Below, piece by piece: positions 50,617 through 64,000 of a DNA stretch of 64,000 nt. The stretch covers positions 20,460,001 to 20,524,000 of the forward strand of contig OZ116712.1 of the NCBI GenBank assembly GCA_964199315.1. Direction: 5' to 3'. The notes below the pieces were generated by a model. The model made no database searches, was not told the DNA's origin, and was given only the letters and a program-made list of their open reading frames with translations. This DNA is from Orbicella franksi (Eukaryota). A program made the position numbers and the translations under genes. How positions within the stretch are numbered: position 1 is the first letter of the stretch; the number at the start of each line of letters is the position of its first letter.

Positions 50617-53600
50617 ATGGCGTTGTTGTCGTTGCTCCTTCTTTCACTGGCAGTCAACACGGCTTCCTCAGCACGGATTGCTGGCTTCTGGTCAGTCGGA
50701 GGGTCACAGTACAGTACTATGAGACAAATAATGGCAGAGCTTGCCTCCAAGGGGCATGAGGTACTGTATGCATCCAAAGTGAATTCTTAGCATACGGGTC
50801 ACGGGTTAGCGAAGTCAGACTCTACGCACCTTGCTGTCCACAATTCTGACCTTGTCTTAAATTTTCCCTCGTAAATTGTCGAACTTGGGCGAAAAGCTTG
50901 TGTAAATTTTATGCCACCCTTCACTGTCCATGTGTCGACGTTTACGTGATCTACCGACCTCTGTACATGATGACCCAACAACTTCACAAGCAAGCGATTT
51001 GTACAAACGAGTTAAGCTTAAGTTTTTTAACTTTCTTTTCATGGGTGTTGTGATACCGAGTTACAGAAGTTAAGTGAGATTTCTTTGATATTTTACTGTC
51101 GTGACCTACCGACGTGCATTTTAGCACTGCATTAAATTCTTGGGCCCCATTTACATGGTCTCGGGTAGCCGAGACAACCAACCTCCTCCCTAAGTTTATA
51201 TGTGAAAACGTCCGAGTCAAAGTTGACCCCGCATGATTATTCATAACCCTCATTGAATAATCAAATGTGCAGCTAACCCTCTTTCCTTGAGTTTTCCTCG
51301 GTCATTCGATCAAAGTGTGTTTTGCGGAGTTAATCTTCACTATCTTTGATACGAATTTCTGCTTTAAATCCTAAACCTAGCCATTTCGTGACAATATAAA
51401 ATCGCCACGCCGAGAATTGTCTCGGTTGGGCGAGTCAAAGTGTTTATATAAAGAGAAGTTGACCCGCCTGCCAGGGTTACCCTACCTGCCGAGGCGAGAC
51501 AACTCTCCCACCCGAGTTGTCTCCAGCTCCCCCCGAGACGGGTTCGCGATCCTCTTGTAAACGGTTGGTTGAATTTTGCAAAGAAATGAGTAAAGTTTTT
51601 TCCTCGGCTTGGGTAACTTATGGGAAGGGTTGTCTTGGGTAACCGAGACCATATAACTGGGGCCTTAGTCCTTTTTAGTCCCAAAGGGTTCTTTCTTGTT
51701 TTGTTGACCGCGCAACGGTCTTGGGAAAAGTATTACGTCACGATCGACGTCTCACGTGACTTCATCGTGAAAACAAACGAATAAAATGGTGGTAATGAGT
51801 CGGCAAATCAAAGAAATCGAAGAATCTCCTCATCCAGCGCAATTGACTGCCGCATGACATGAAAATAGTTTTTCCTATTCATTTTTTTCTCTTGTAATAG
51901 TAATCGCAGTAGAGCGCCAAACTCCTCTGAAGCGACTATGTAGATAGCGGGCAAAGTCAGGATATTTCGTCCCGATGCTAAAGCGGCAGTGTACATAGAA
52001 GTGATTTTACCCGTTTTAAAACCGGCTTCCCATGAAGGCCACTTTCTCACAAGGAAATCTGTGGGACATCTGTCCCATGCATAATGGCTCCTATACTGAG
52101 CCGGTTTTGCTGATTAGTGTGTTGTGTTTCTGCCTTTTAGGTTGTTTTGGTTGTTCCCTCGTCCATTAAAATTAAACCGAGTGAGAAAGTAGAGCACAAG
52201 ATTTACCAAGTACCATACAAGTCAGAGTTCTTCGAATATGGCTTGGCGCGACTTGAAATTGAAGGAAGCAAGTTAAATTACGTGCTGAAAATGGGTGAGG
52301 TACGGATTACCATGTGTGAACGTTTTTTACAGAGCACGGAGTTACAGGAGGAACTGAAAGGTGTCGATGTCATAGTTTATGACTGTCTTGCAGATTGCCC
52401 TGCAACAATGCTCGGTGAACGCTTTGACATTCCAAGAGTGGAAATTCTGCCTCTTCCACTAACCGTACCGTTTGTGTTTAGCCACATGGTACCAATGCCT
52501 GTCTCTTATGTGCCACAACTTTTTACGGGATTTTCCGATAAAATGAATTTTATGGAACGTGTAATGAACTTGGGAGCGTACCTCGGAGGAAAGCTGTTCA
52601 TGTATCTTGTGAATTACAGACCAATGAATGCTCTGAAAGTCAAGTACAACATTAACCCAGAAAGAAGCATCCAGGAAGCTGTTGGTAACGCTGAACTTCT
52701 TATCAGTACAGCAGATTTTGCCTTGGAATACGCACAACCTCTGTTGCCAGGTAGGAAGAACGGAAGTAAGGAGGGTGGAGACGGGGGTAACACTGTGGGA
52801 GGGTGGAGACGGGGGACACAATATAAGGAGGGTGGAGACAAGGGCGACACTGTAAGGAAAGGTAGACTTTAAGGAGGGTGGAGACGAGGGGCACACTGTA
52901 AGGGAAGGTGAGACGGCAGGCAGACTGTAAGGAAGGTGGAGACGCGGGCACACTGTAAGGAGGATGAAGACGGGGAGTACACTGTAAGGAGGGTGGAGAC
53001 GGGTGGTACTCTTAAAGGTGGGTGCAGACGGGGGTATGCTGTAAGGAGGGTGGAAATAGGGAACACACTGTTCAGGGATATTGAAAATGACAAATTACGA
53101 ATCGTTACGTTAGTGTTGTCAATGTTTCTGTTGGGATTATATTCAACAGGCAATGTTATGGTTGGACCACCACATGTCAAAGATCCTAAACCTCTCCCTC
53201 CTGATTTAGAAGAATTTGTCAGCAGTTCAGGAGGTCATGGTTTCATTATCGTTTCTTTTGGGTCAAACGTGGCTTCAAATCTTGAAAAGCCAGTGGTAGA
53301 CATGTTAGCTACAGCGTTTGGGAAACTGAAACAGCGAGTTGTGTGGAGAATTAAAGGTAATAGTGAAGTAAAGCACGTTATGAATAATTAATAAAAATTA
53401 GTGGCTATCTTGTGGATAAGCACAAGGACAAGCAGAAAAATAGGTCTTCTTATGCTTTTCCTTACTCTTATGTCAAGTGAGAACGCTTTGCGTCCGCCAT
53501 CTTGGTTTACTGTATCGAGGAGGTATGGAACCGAAAATAAGGCAATTTCTCTTGTCAGCGCATGCGTACGTGCTTATGCTTGTGTTCATTCTCGTCCCCA

Positions 53601-55187
53601 GAGCCTCCGTTTAAGACAAGTAGCACTGAGGACGAGAATGGCTTGTGTTGTGGGCGTCGCCGCTCGTTATGCTTATGCTTGTGCCTGCCGTAACCAAATT
53701 CGCAACTAACCAATCAGAATTCGTGTCTACTGTCCTCAGTGTTATTCTGCAATCAAGTCATTGACCTAATAGGGCTATTACGTCATGGTCACTTTCAAGT
53801 AACGTGATTTTTCCGCGAGTCAAATTGAAAAGAGAATTTACGAAAATAATAAGCTCGCAATTTAATTTTGAGCGTTTTTGTTCAGTGACAAAACTATCCG
53901 GCCAAAACTGACCTAACGAGCGCTCGTCAAGTAACTGGGATGTTTTCCGATAGCCCTGAAACATTTTGTTTCTTAAATGGAACCGGAGTTTCTAGATTTC
54001 TCCAATTTTGGGTATGGTAAATACCTAATCGAACATTTTTGATATGCTTCGGTGACATATTAGGCTTGTTTGGTCTCGCCATGGATATTTTGGCTCGACT
54101 ACGTCTCACTCGCTTGGTATGTCACAGAAGCGTACCAAAAAGATACGATTAGTATAAAACTAAGGAGTCTGATTAAACAAACTTTTACTATGCACAATTA
54201 GTCTGTAGCATTCAAACTGATAACAGTTTATGTAACGTCGCCCAAAAGGTTCAATTCGACAGATTCATTTAATAGTGTTCAATCGAACCCGACCTCGAGT
54301 CCACTGGACTGACTGGGGTGAGCAACGCAGTTGACACCAGTCTCTCTCTTCTCCTGCAGGTTACATTCCATCATTCCTTGGCAAAAACATCAGAGCAGTG
54401 GACTGGTTGCCTCAAAATGATCTTTTGGCTCACAAGAACATCAAAGCTTTTGTCTCCCATGTGGGACACAACAGTCTTTACGAGTCGGCGTATCATGGTG
54501 TCCCTGTGGTGGCGTTTCCTTTGTTTATAGACCAGCATACTAATGCAAAGAAAGTAGAACATGTTGGCCTTGGGTTAGCTGTGGATTGGAAAAGCGCTGA
54601 TGCCCAACAGTTGTTTGAGACAATTGAGCGTGTTATTGATGAGCCAAGGTAGCTGTATTGCTTTCTTGTCCATTACTAGCAGTGGCGGATCCAGACCTTG
54701 AGGGGGGGAGGGGGGAGGGGGTGTTTGCTTGCCCTACCGGCTTTTCCTCCTTCTGCGAGTTATTGTTTTCTTTTTACCCAAAATAAGGGGGGGGGGGGGG
54801 GAGTAGACATTACCTAAATTACTTGCGTAACTTCTCATTACCGTTAGTAAGAGATCGCTTATGAAATAACAAAGTGAATAACAAAACACTTTCTTTATCT
54901 CTAGGTTTAAGAGCAAAGCAATGCATATCTCCGGCCTGTTAAAGGATCGTCGACAACCGCCTCTTCAAGAAATCTGTGACTGGATAGAGTATGTACTCAG
55001 ACATGGTGGAGCCCGGCACCTCAGAGCTCAAGTGTTTAACATCCCTTGGTATCAGTACTACTTACTTGACGTCGTGGCTTTCCTTGTTGCCATAGTTACC
55101 TTAGTTGTCATGGTGATAAGGTTGACATGTAGATGCCTGTGTCGTGTGTGCTGCAGAAAGGGTGATGGAAAATCAAAGAAGGAGTAA
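50617..55187 (+). CDS. UDP-glycosyltransferase (GT1, metazoan UGT family) copy B, intact, 510 aa
   Basis: Exons 50617-50760, 52141-52750, 53150-53356, 54360-54648, 54905-55187 (1533 nt, in frame). Signal peptide MALLSLLLLSLAVNTASSA. UGT signature WLPQNDLLAHKNIKAFVSHVGHNSLYESAYHGVPVVAFPLFIDQ. C-terminal TM helix and KSKKE dilysine ER signal. Confidence 0.95.
51143..51664. mobile_element. Harbinger-like MITE in UGT-B intron 1
   Basis: TIRs ggccccatttacatggtctcgggtagccgagacaacc / ggttgtcttgggtaaccgagaccatataactggggcc|tta. Confidence 0.7.
52771..53070 (+). repeat. ~29-bp G-rich minisatellite, about 10-11 units, in UGT-B intron 2
   Basis: Consensus approximately gagggtggagacgggggncacactgtaag, starting 20 nt after the exon 2 donor. 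Confidence 0.85.
53587..53640. repeat. 54-bp mini inverted-repeat element; related short elements at 58219-58280 and half-sites at ~547-560 and ~24536-24547
   Basis: cattctcgtccccag ... ctgaggacgagaatg. Confidence 0.6.
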
Positions 55188-55450
55188 AACTGGAAAAAGA
55201 TTTGAGTGCCTGTTTTCCCCAAAAAAGTTATTGTAAGGTTTCGTTAATCTTTATGCCCGCCGTTTTTCACTTTTACACACAATTCAAACTCAGATTCAAA
55301 GCTTTGTCTAGAAAGTTAGGGACGAGGAGTTTTAAGTCATTGCTAAGATTTTTTTCCACTGAAAGAGTGCACGTGAAAGCAAAAACTGTTTCTTTTTTCT
55401 AGCGTGAGCACTGACTCCGGCCACACAACACACGGAACATGACTGCACTA

Positions 55451-55802
55451 CAATCAATCATCCCGTAAGCGACCACCCAAAAGCCTAGGTGGTCGAATAC
55501 CTTATCATCCACTTTTCCTTCAGTCTGTCAAATGGTCGCTTACATTAAGGGGAGGTTAAAACCAAAAGAAAATTTCAAACTTTTAACTCTATAAGTGGTC
55601 GCGGTCTGTTACAAGACGGGGTCACTTACAAGAGGTTCCAAATATAGTGAAATGACTTGGAAACTTGATTTGTTATTTTGGAAAACTGGTCGCTGAGGAG
55701 AGATGGTCGCTTACAAGATTTTCCAAATACAATGATTTGAAACTGGTCGCTTAGGAGAGGTAGTCGCTTACGAGAAGGTGGTCGCAAACGGAGGTTCGAC
55801 TG
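55451..55802. mobile_element. Tc1/mariner-type MITE related to 13831-14314, downstream of UGT-B
   Basis: Right end ggaggttcgactg|ta is intact and the left end is degenerate. It shares the gtggtcgcttac subrepeats and aagaggttccaaatatagtga. Confidence 0.7.
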
Positions 55803-57025
55803 TAGTGACTATTTTTGAAATACAGTATCAAACTTTCAAAATGTGAAGATCTTGTTGTGTGTTTCTGCGATCCTCTGACACAGAGGAACAGAGAGCTGGG
55901 TATTTCTGAGTCAGACAAAAAGTTAGCATGCATATTGCTCTGAGTACACATGAAATTTCACAACTTCATAAAACCGCAAAACAACTTTATTATTGAAATA
56001 AAATACATTGAAATAAGTAAAATTAAAAAACAATACATAACTTGGCCAATACTGAAATAAAAGTTTTGTTCTTATGATTTGGCTAAAACATTTGCTTAAA
56101 TATTTTAAATACAAGCAGTGAGTTAAAGACAAATAAATGTAGACAGTCAAACGTAATGACATGATCTTGGAGTAATTAAGAAATAATACCGTTTGATTTC
56201 AAATAACTGTCGAAGACAGTCACTTAAACCACTGCAAATGTATTAAATACAGTAATGAAAGTCAATTGTGGTTTACTGATACACTATAAATATCTCATAT
56301 TTACAGCTAAAGAACGCTAAACTACGATCTTAACCTAACTGGCGTACGTATAACAGGGAACTATCTTGATTAAAAGTTTAAGAACTAGAACAAAATCAAC
56401 TTTGCCTCTGTAGGAATTCGTTTAACCCAGATGAACTAGCAATAGCTCTCTTAACTGCGCTAACAATGAATCCAACAACTAAATAATGACAGCCCTTGTT
56501 CTATAAAACAAAGAAACTCATTATGAAAACACTTTTACCGTCATAAGCCCAATTTTCTCAATTTTTTACAATGACATTTTTTTTTGCCTTTAAACGAAGT
56601 CTCTCACACTGACTCACTCCTCCCTCCTCAATCATGCTATCACAAAACTACTAACATTAATTGCAAATGACTACAAAATGTACCGTGTCGAGTCATTTCT
56701 CTTAACTGTCAGGGCTTGCTTGTAAACTGTTTTTCAGTTTGAGTTTCTTAGATAAAGTGCATAAGCTATAATGATGAAAGGTGCCTTTAAAACAATTTAG
56801 CTGACATTTTACAAGATAGTCATTTTCAATCGAACTCAATCTAAGCCTATCTTACTGCAACCTTATGCTGCGTTTGTAACTACATCTTTTGTGCTTTTTT
56901 ACATTACATTCAGCTACACTATTGATTAGTTTTGCGGTTTTCTTTGATGTAAAGGTGATTTTGTCCTTGACAAGAAAGACTTGAACATGACAGAGCCCCC
57001 TTAAGAATGTAGACTGTCACAGTCA

Positions 57026-60455
<3,430 letters not shown>

Positions 60456-62602
60456 GATGAGCTGAATGTCCTGAAAAACATAGAAAGGAAAACTTTCGAG
60501 ATTTAGGTCATGTTTTCATTATTGAGATCAACTATTTCTGGTTGGTTAGGGTTTTTTTGTGTTGTCTTGGGGAAAAATGTTTTCGGTTGGTTTATTTGGT
60601 TGATCAACTTTTTCAACCCGCCTCAAACCAGGTTGAAACAGTTGAAAAAGCATTTGCACGATTACATCACATGATTGTAGCTAGTGTAAGGACTATTCTC
60701 AGGAGTTACTGCGTTTCAACCAAAAATAGTTGCAAAAGAGTTCTATCGAGAAACATCAACCGTATCAACACAAACTGGTTGCAGTTGAAACAGCTAATCC
60801 CAATAGAATCGACCTTGGAGACTTTTGATTAGAACATTGCACTTTAAAAAAAGAAAAGAAAACTTGAACAAATGACTATAACAAATGAAAATGTTGCTTC
60901 TCGATTCTGCTGGAGTCATACCAAATTAAAGTTGCCTAGCAACCAGAATCAAAATAAATATTTAAACTTCTTAGAGCTTTGGGAGCCAATTCACAGTCCG
61001 TTTCTCAAGAGTAATGATAAAATGTTACTTGTCTGTGGCCTAGAATGATTGAAGCTACATGACAAAATGTCTTGGTACAAGTTAAGATTGATGGAAATTA
61101 AAACTGCAGACTCGATTGAGGGTTGACACCTGGCATCTGTGTTAGGATAGCTTGAAATTTAGTCAAACCCATCAAAAATATTATGCCTCATTGCGTCTGT
61201 CAGGTTGATTCTTTTTGCCATTTATACTCATTATGTAGAAGAAACTGGAAAACAGTTATGATGATTTTTTGACAAAACTGAAAAATGGCACTTTCCATGT
61301 TCTGACAGTCATTAATGCCATCGACAGAAATGGAAAATACGTAAACTTCTGTTATTCCAAGGGCAGCTGGAAAATAAAGATCATTAATCCGAATATCATT
61401 TTCCAGTTTCCTTCAAGGAAATAAGTTTCTTCTGTTGATTCAAACTGAAAATTATTTGGGCCATTGAAAAAAAACAAGAACAACAACAACAACAAAAAAA
61501 CAGGAAAACACCCCTTTGATCTCTTTTTTAAACCTAGGGATTTAATACTTAAACTTTACTACTAGAAAACTTAAATATCCATTCAAAAATTATGTTAACT
61601 TGAACCACGCATACATTTAGATTGTCAACACACTAAACCATAGATGTAGGCCGGCTTGCCTCACTTCCTGATTTGCTAATGGCACGCTCACAGCCTAAAA
61701 AGGAAGTCTTTTTAATGAAATATGCTCAAATAGCAGAAGCTGGAGTACTCCTAATTGCTACATAATGATACAAAAATGAGTGCAGAGGTTAATACTGCGC
61801 CACTGATGAGCCAAATGTATCTACTGGCTCTTCAACCCTATAAATATCACTGTTTGAAATAAACTTTTAGTTCAACTACCAAGCAAAACCATTGAACTTT
61901 AAATTACCCACAGCATGTACATGGGATGATTATCAATTTTTACAAAGACAAGTCCGCAAATGACTGTTTCATGTTGTTGGCACTAGTTAGCAATTTCTTG
62001 TGTAGACAAAGTATGATCTGAAAGTATCGTGCATTCACAGCGGGAGCTGCGTGTAGTGAGTTTTGTGCCCATCACCAAAGCTCTGTTCCTTACTATGATA
62101 AAAAAATGTTGTATTTCTGTTCTGGAATCATGATAAAAATAGAAAATAATTTCACATTTCTATTACACGGCTGATGAAGTTCGGTTGAGCCCAATGAAAT
62201 ATTCCACTTTTAAAAAGAGTTTCATTGCAGTCTGAGTATAGGAAATTATTTCATATTTCGTCACTGTTCGTACAAGTCTGTTACATAACTTCGTTGTACC
62301 GGTGTTTGAAAACTTGTCAGGATTCATTGTAACAGAAACCCTTTCAGCCATGTTTCTGATCAGAGAAAATACCAAAGTTAAGGAAGGCCAAGGGTAAAAT
62401 AGATTTTCAAGCTGTCAAAGATTCCATTCATGGCCATGTTGTGTTTAGGAGAAACAAAAGCACGACTCTTAAGTTTACAGAGAACTCAAAACAAAGCTGA
62501 GAAACTCTTGCTACGAATCAAAACAGATCGGATTGCAGTAAGCATAATAACAAAAGCTAAAAGCTTAGGATTTTAACACAACATCAGAGTTGTAATACTT
62601 AC

Positions 62603-62760
62603 ACAAAACGGTATGAGTCAGCGTCTTCGTTTAGTGAACGTTACGTGATAAGATTTCTGTAGAAAAAGAAATATCGATATTGAACAAAGGACAAAAACTC
62701 GTGACTCGCAGTCTCGTGATCTACGCCAATGAATTCATGAATACGGAATTCGAGGAAGCG
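62603..62760 (-). other. Candidate non-coding first exon and promoter of cathepsin L
   Basis: A strong acceptor tgtttttcag lies 15 nt upstream of the CTSL ATG (exon starts 60470), implying a 5' UTR intron. There is a consensus donor GT|GTAAGTA at 62603/62602, and a CpG-richer stretch with GGAA (ETS-like) motifs just upstream. The upstream boundary is a guess. Confidence 0.45.
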
Positions 62761-64000
62761 GAAATTTTTGAAGTATTTCACGTAATCTGACTGATTTCGT
62801 GCGTTCGCATCTTAATGACGCACCAGCAATTTTCAATGAACGATTAAAAAAAAATCGAACGACTGTGTTAACTTACTTTCAAGCAAGCTGTGACCGTCTT
62901 TTAGCACAGACCTTGTTATCTCTAGCCCTTCGCTTCCCCTGCTTCGATTCAGTCGCTCCTGCTGGCGCCTTGTTTGTGTTTATATAGTGACGACCGCTGA
63001 GCTGCGCGAAGGTAGGCGCTAAAAGATGATCACATGGCTCACTCGCCACGGGACACCCAGGACAGGCAATTTCTCTGTTTTCAAGTGCTTTCAGTCAGCA
63101 GTAACAGTTATTCCGATTAGGCATTTTTTTTTTAAGAATACGATCGTCTTTTTGCATGTTCAACAGCTTTTTAAGTGACTTTTCTTCATTCTACATTGAT
63201 TTGGGTTTACTGGGGCTGCAACTTCCATCTATAGTAGTACCTTATCTGGATTTGAGGGCTTAATATTTCCTCACTTACCGGAAGTATGAGGTATGTCAGA
63301 AAAAATCGTGACGATGCATTTAAAAGGAAAGTATGGCTTCTCCTGGATCATCTATACTTGCACATAAAAATTCAAAACCGTGCAAATTCTAATTGTCTCT
63401 TAGGCGAGGGTTGGGGGCAGAGGGGCATGGACGAGGAACTGAGGGGAAAAAAAAAATGTCTGTGTTGACTTAAAAGGATAGGATTCTACTGCCCTTAAAT
63501 AGTTTAACTGGCTAGTGTGTGATCTGGTTATATGTTTGATTTGTAGAAACATAGATTACTGGTAGGCATTTGTGTTTTTTTTTAACACTTCTATATTTCA
63601 GAGAATTCCAAGCAAGGATCTGTTAATGTTTACGAAAGGTCCATTGATATTGCAGTTATGTTATAATAATATTATGATTAAAAGTCTCCTTTTCATGAAA
63701 ATCTTTTTTATTATTTTGGACACAGAACAAAAGATATCACCATACAAAAGCTGTATAATCTTTCATGTTATACTTTGAAAGTTCCATGGGTGAACATTTT
63801 CACACACATTTTCAAGAAAACAGGTGATGAGAATAAGGAAAATCATCAACTAAGTGATATTGTATCGATTTAGTGCCAAATTCTCAGAACTGCCATTAAA
63901 AATGCACTATAACCTGCAAGGAGAATTGACATTTCAAATCATAAATCAAATTGTCTTTCTTTTGTTGTAGTTTTTTTTTTAATTATTTGTTTAAACAAAG

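Noticed and set aside
52459-53180. Several overlapping Pro-rich and Gly/Arg-rich ORFs
   Set aside because: They are by-products of the G-rich minisatellite and antisense reading of UGT exons.
63044-63080. Possible first coding exon of a next gene on + (ATG GCT CAC TCG CCA CGG...)
   Set aside because: It is too short, only a GC-type donor follows, and there is no recognisable downstream exon in the window.

Overview
AT-rich, intron-rich animal genomic DNA. The repeat landscape and protein similarities suggest a cnidarian, probably a stony coral (inference). I reconstructed nine gene models by hand from GT-AG splice sites and reading-frame checks: MGAT5/GnT-V (-, 23 coding exons, 885 aa), an MCT8/MCT10-like SLC16 transporter (+), an F-box/WD40 protein (+), TMEM50 (-), an intronless PSMB3 (+) head-to-head with TMEM50, an intronless CPPED1-like metallophosphoesterase (-), a head-to-head pair of UDP-glycosyltransferases (one frameshifted, one intact) and cathepsin L (-). 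Introns and intergenic DNA hold many MITEs (Tc1/mariner-, Harbinger- and piggyBac-type), two tRNA-derived SINEs and two decayed LINEs. Best leads: (1) MGAT5 carries three tandem copies of the Cys-rich luminal N-domain module on phase-0 exons, and only the copy next to the catalytic domain keeps the Cys that tethers it there. (2) The CPPED1-like ORF is intact but all five metal-binding motifs are substituted, so it is a likely pseudophosphatase. (3) The intact UGT lacks the canonical catalytic His. Human residue numbers are quoted from memory and need checking; no database search was run.
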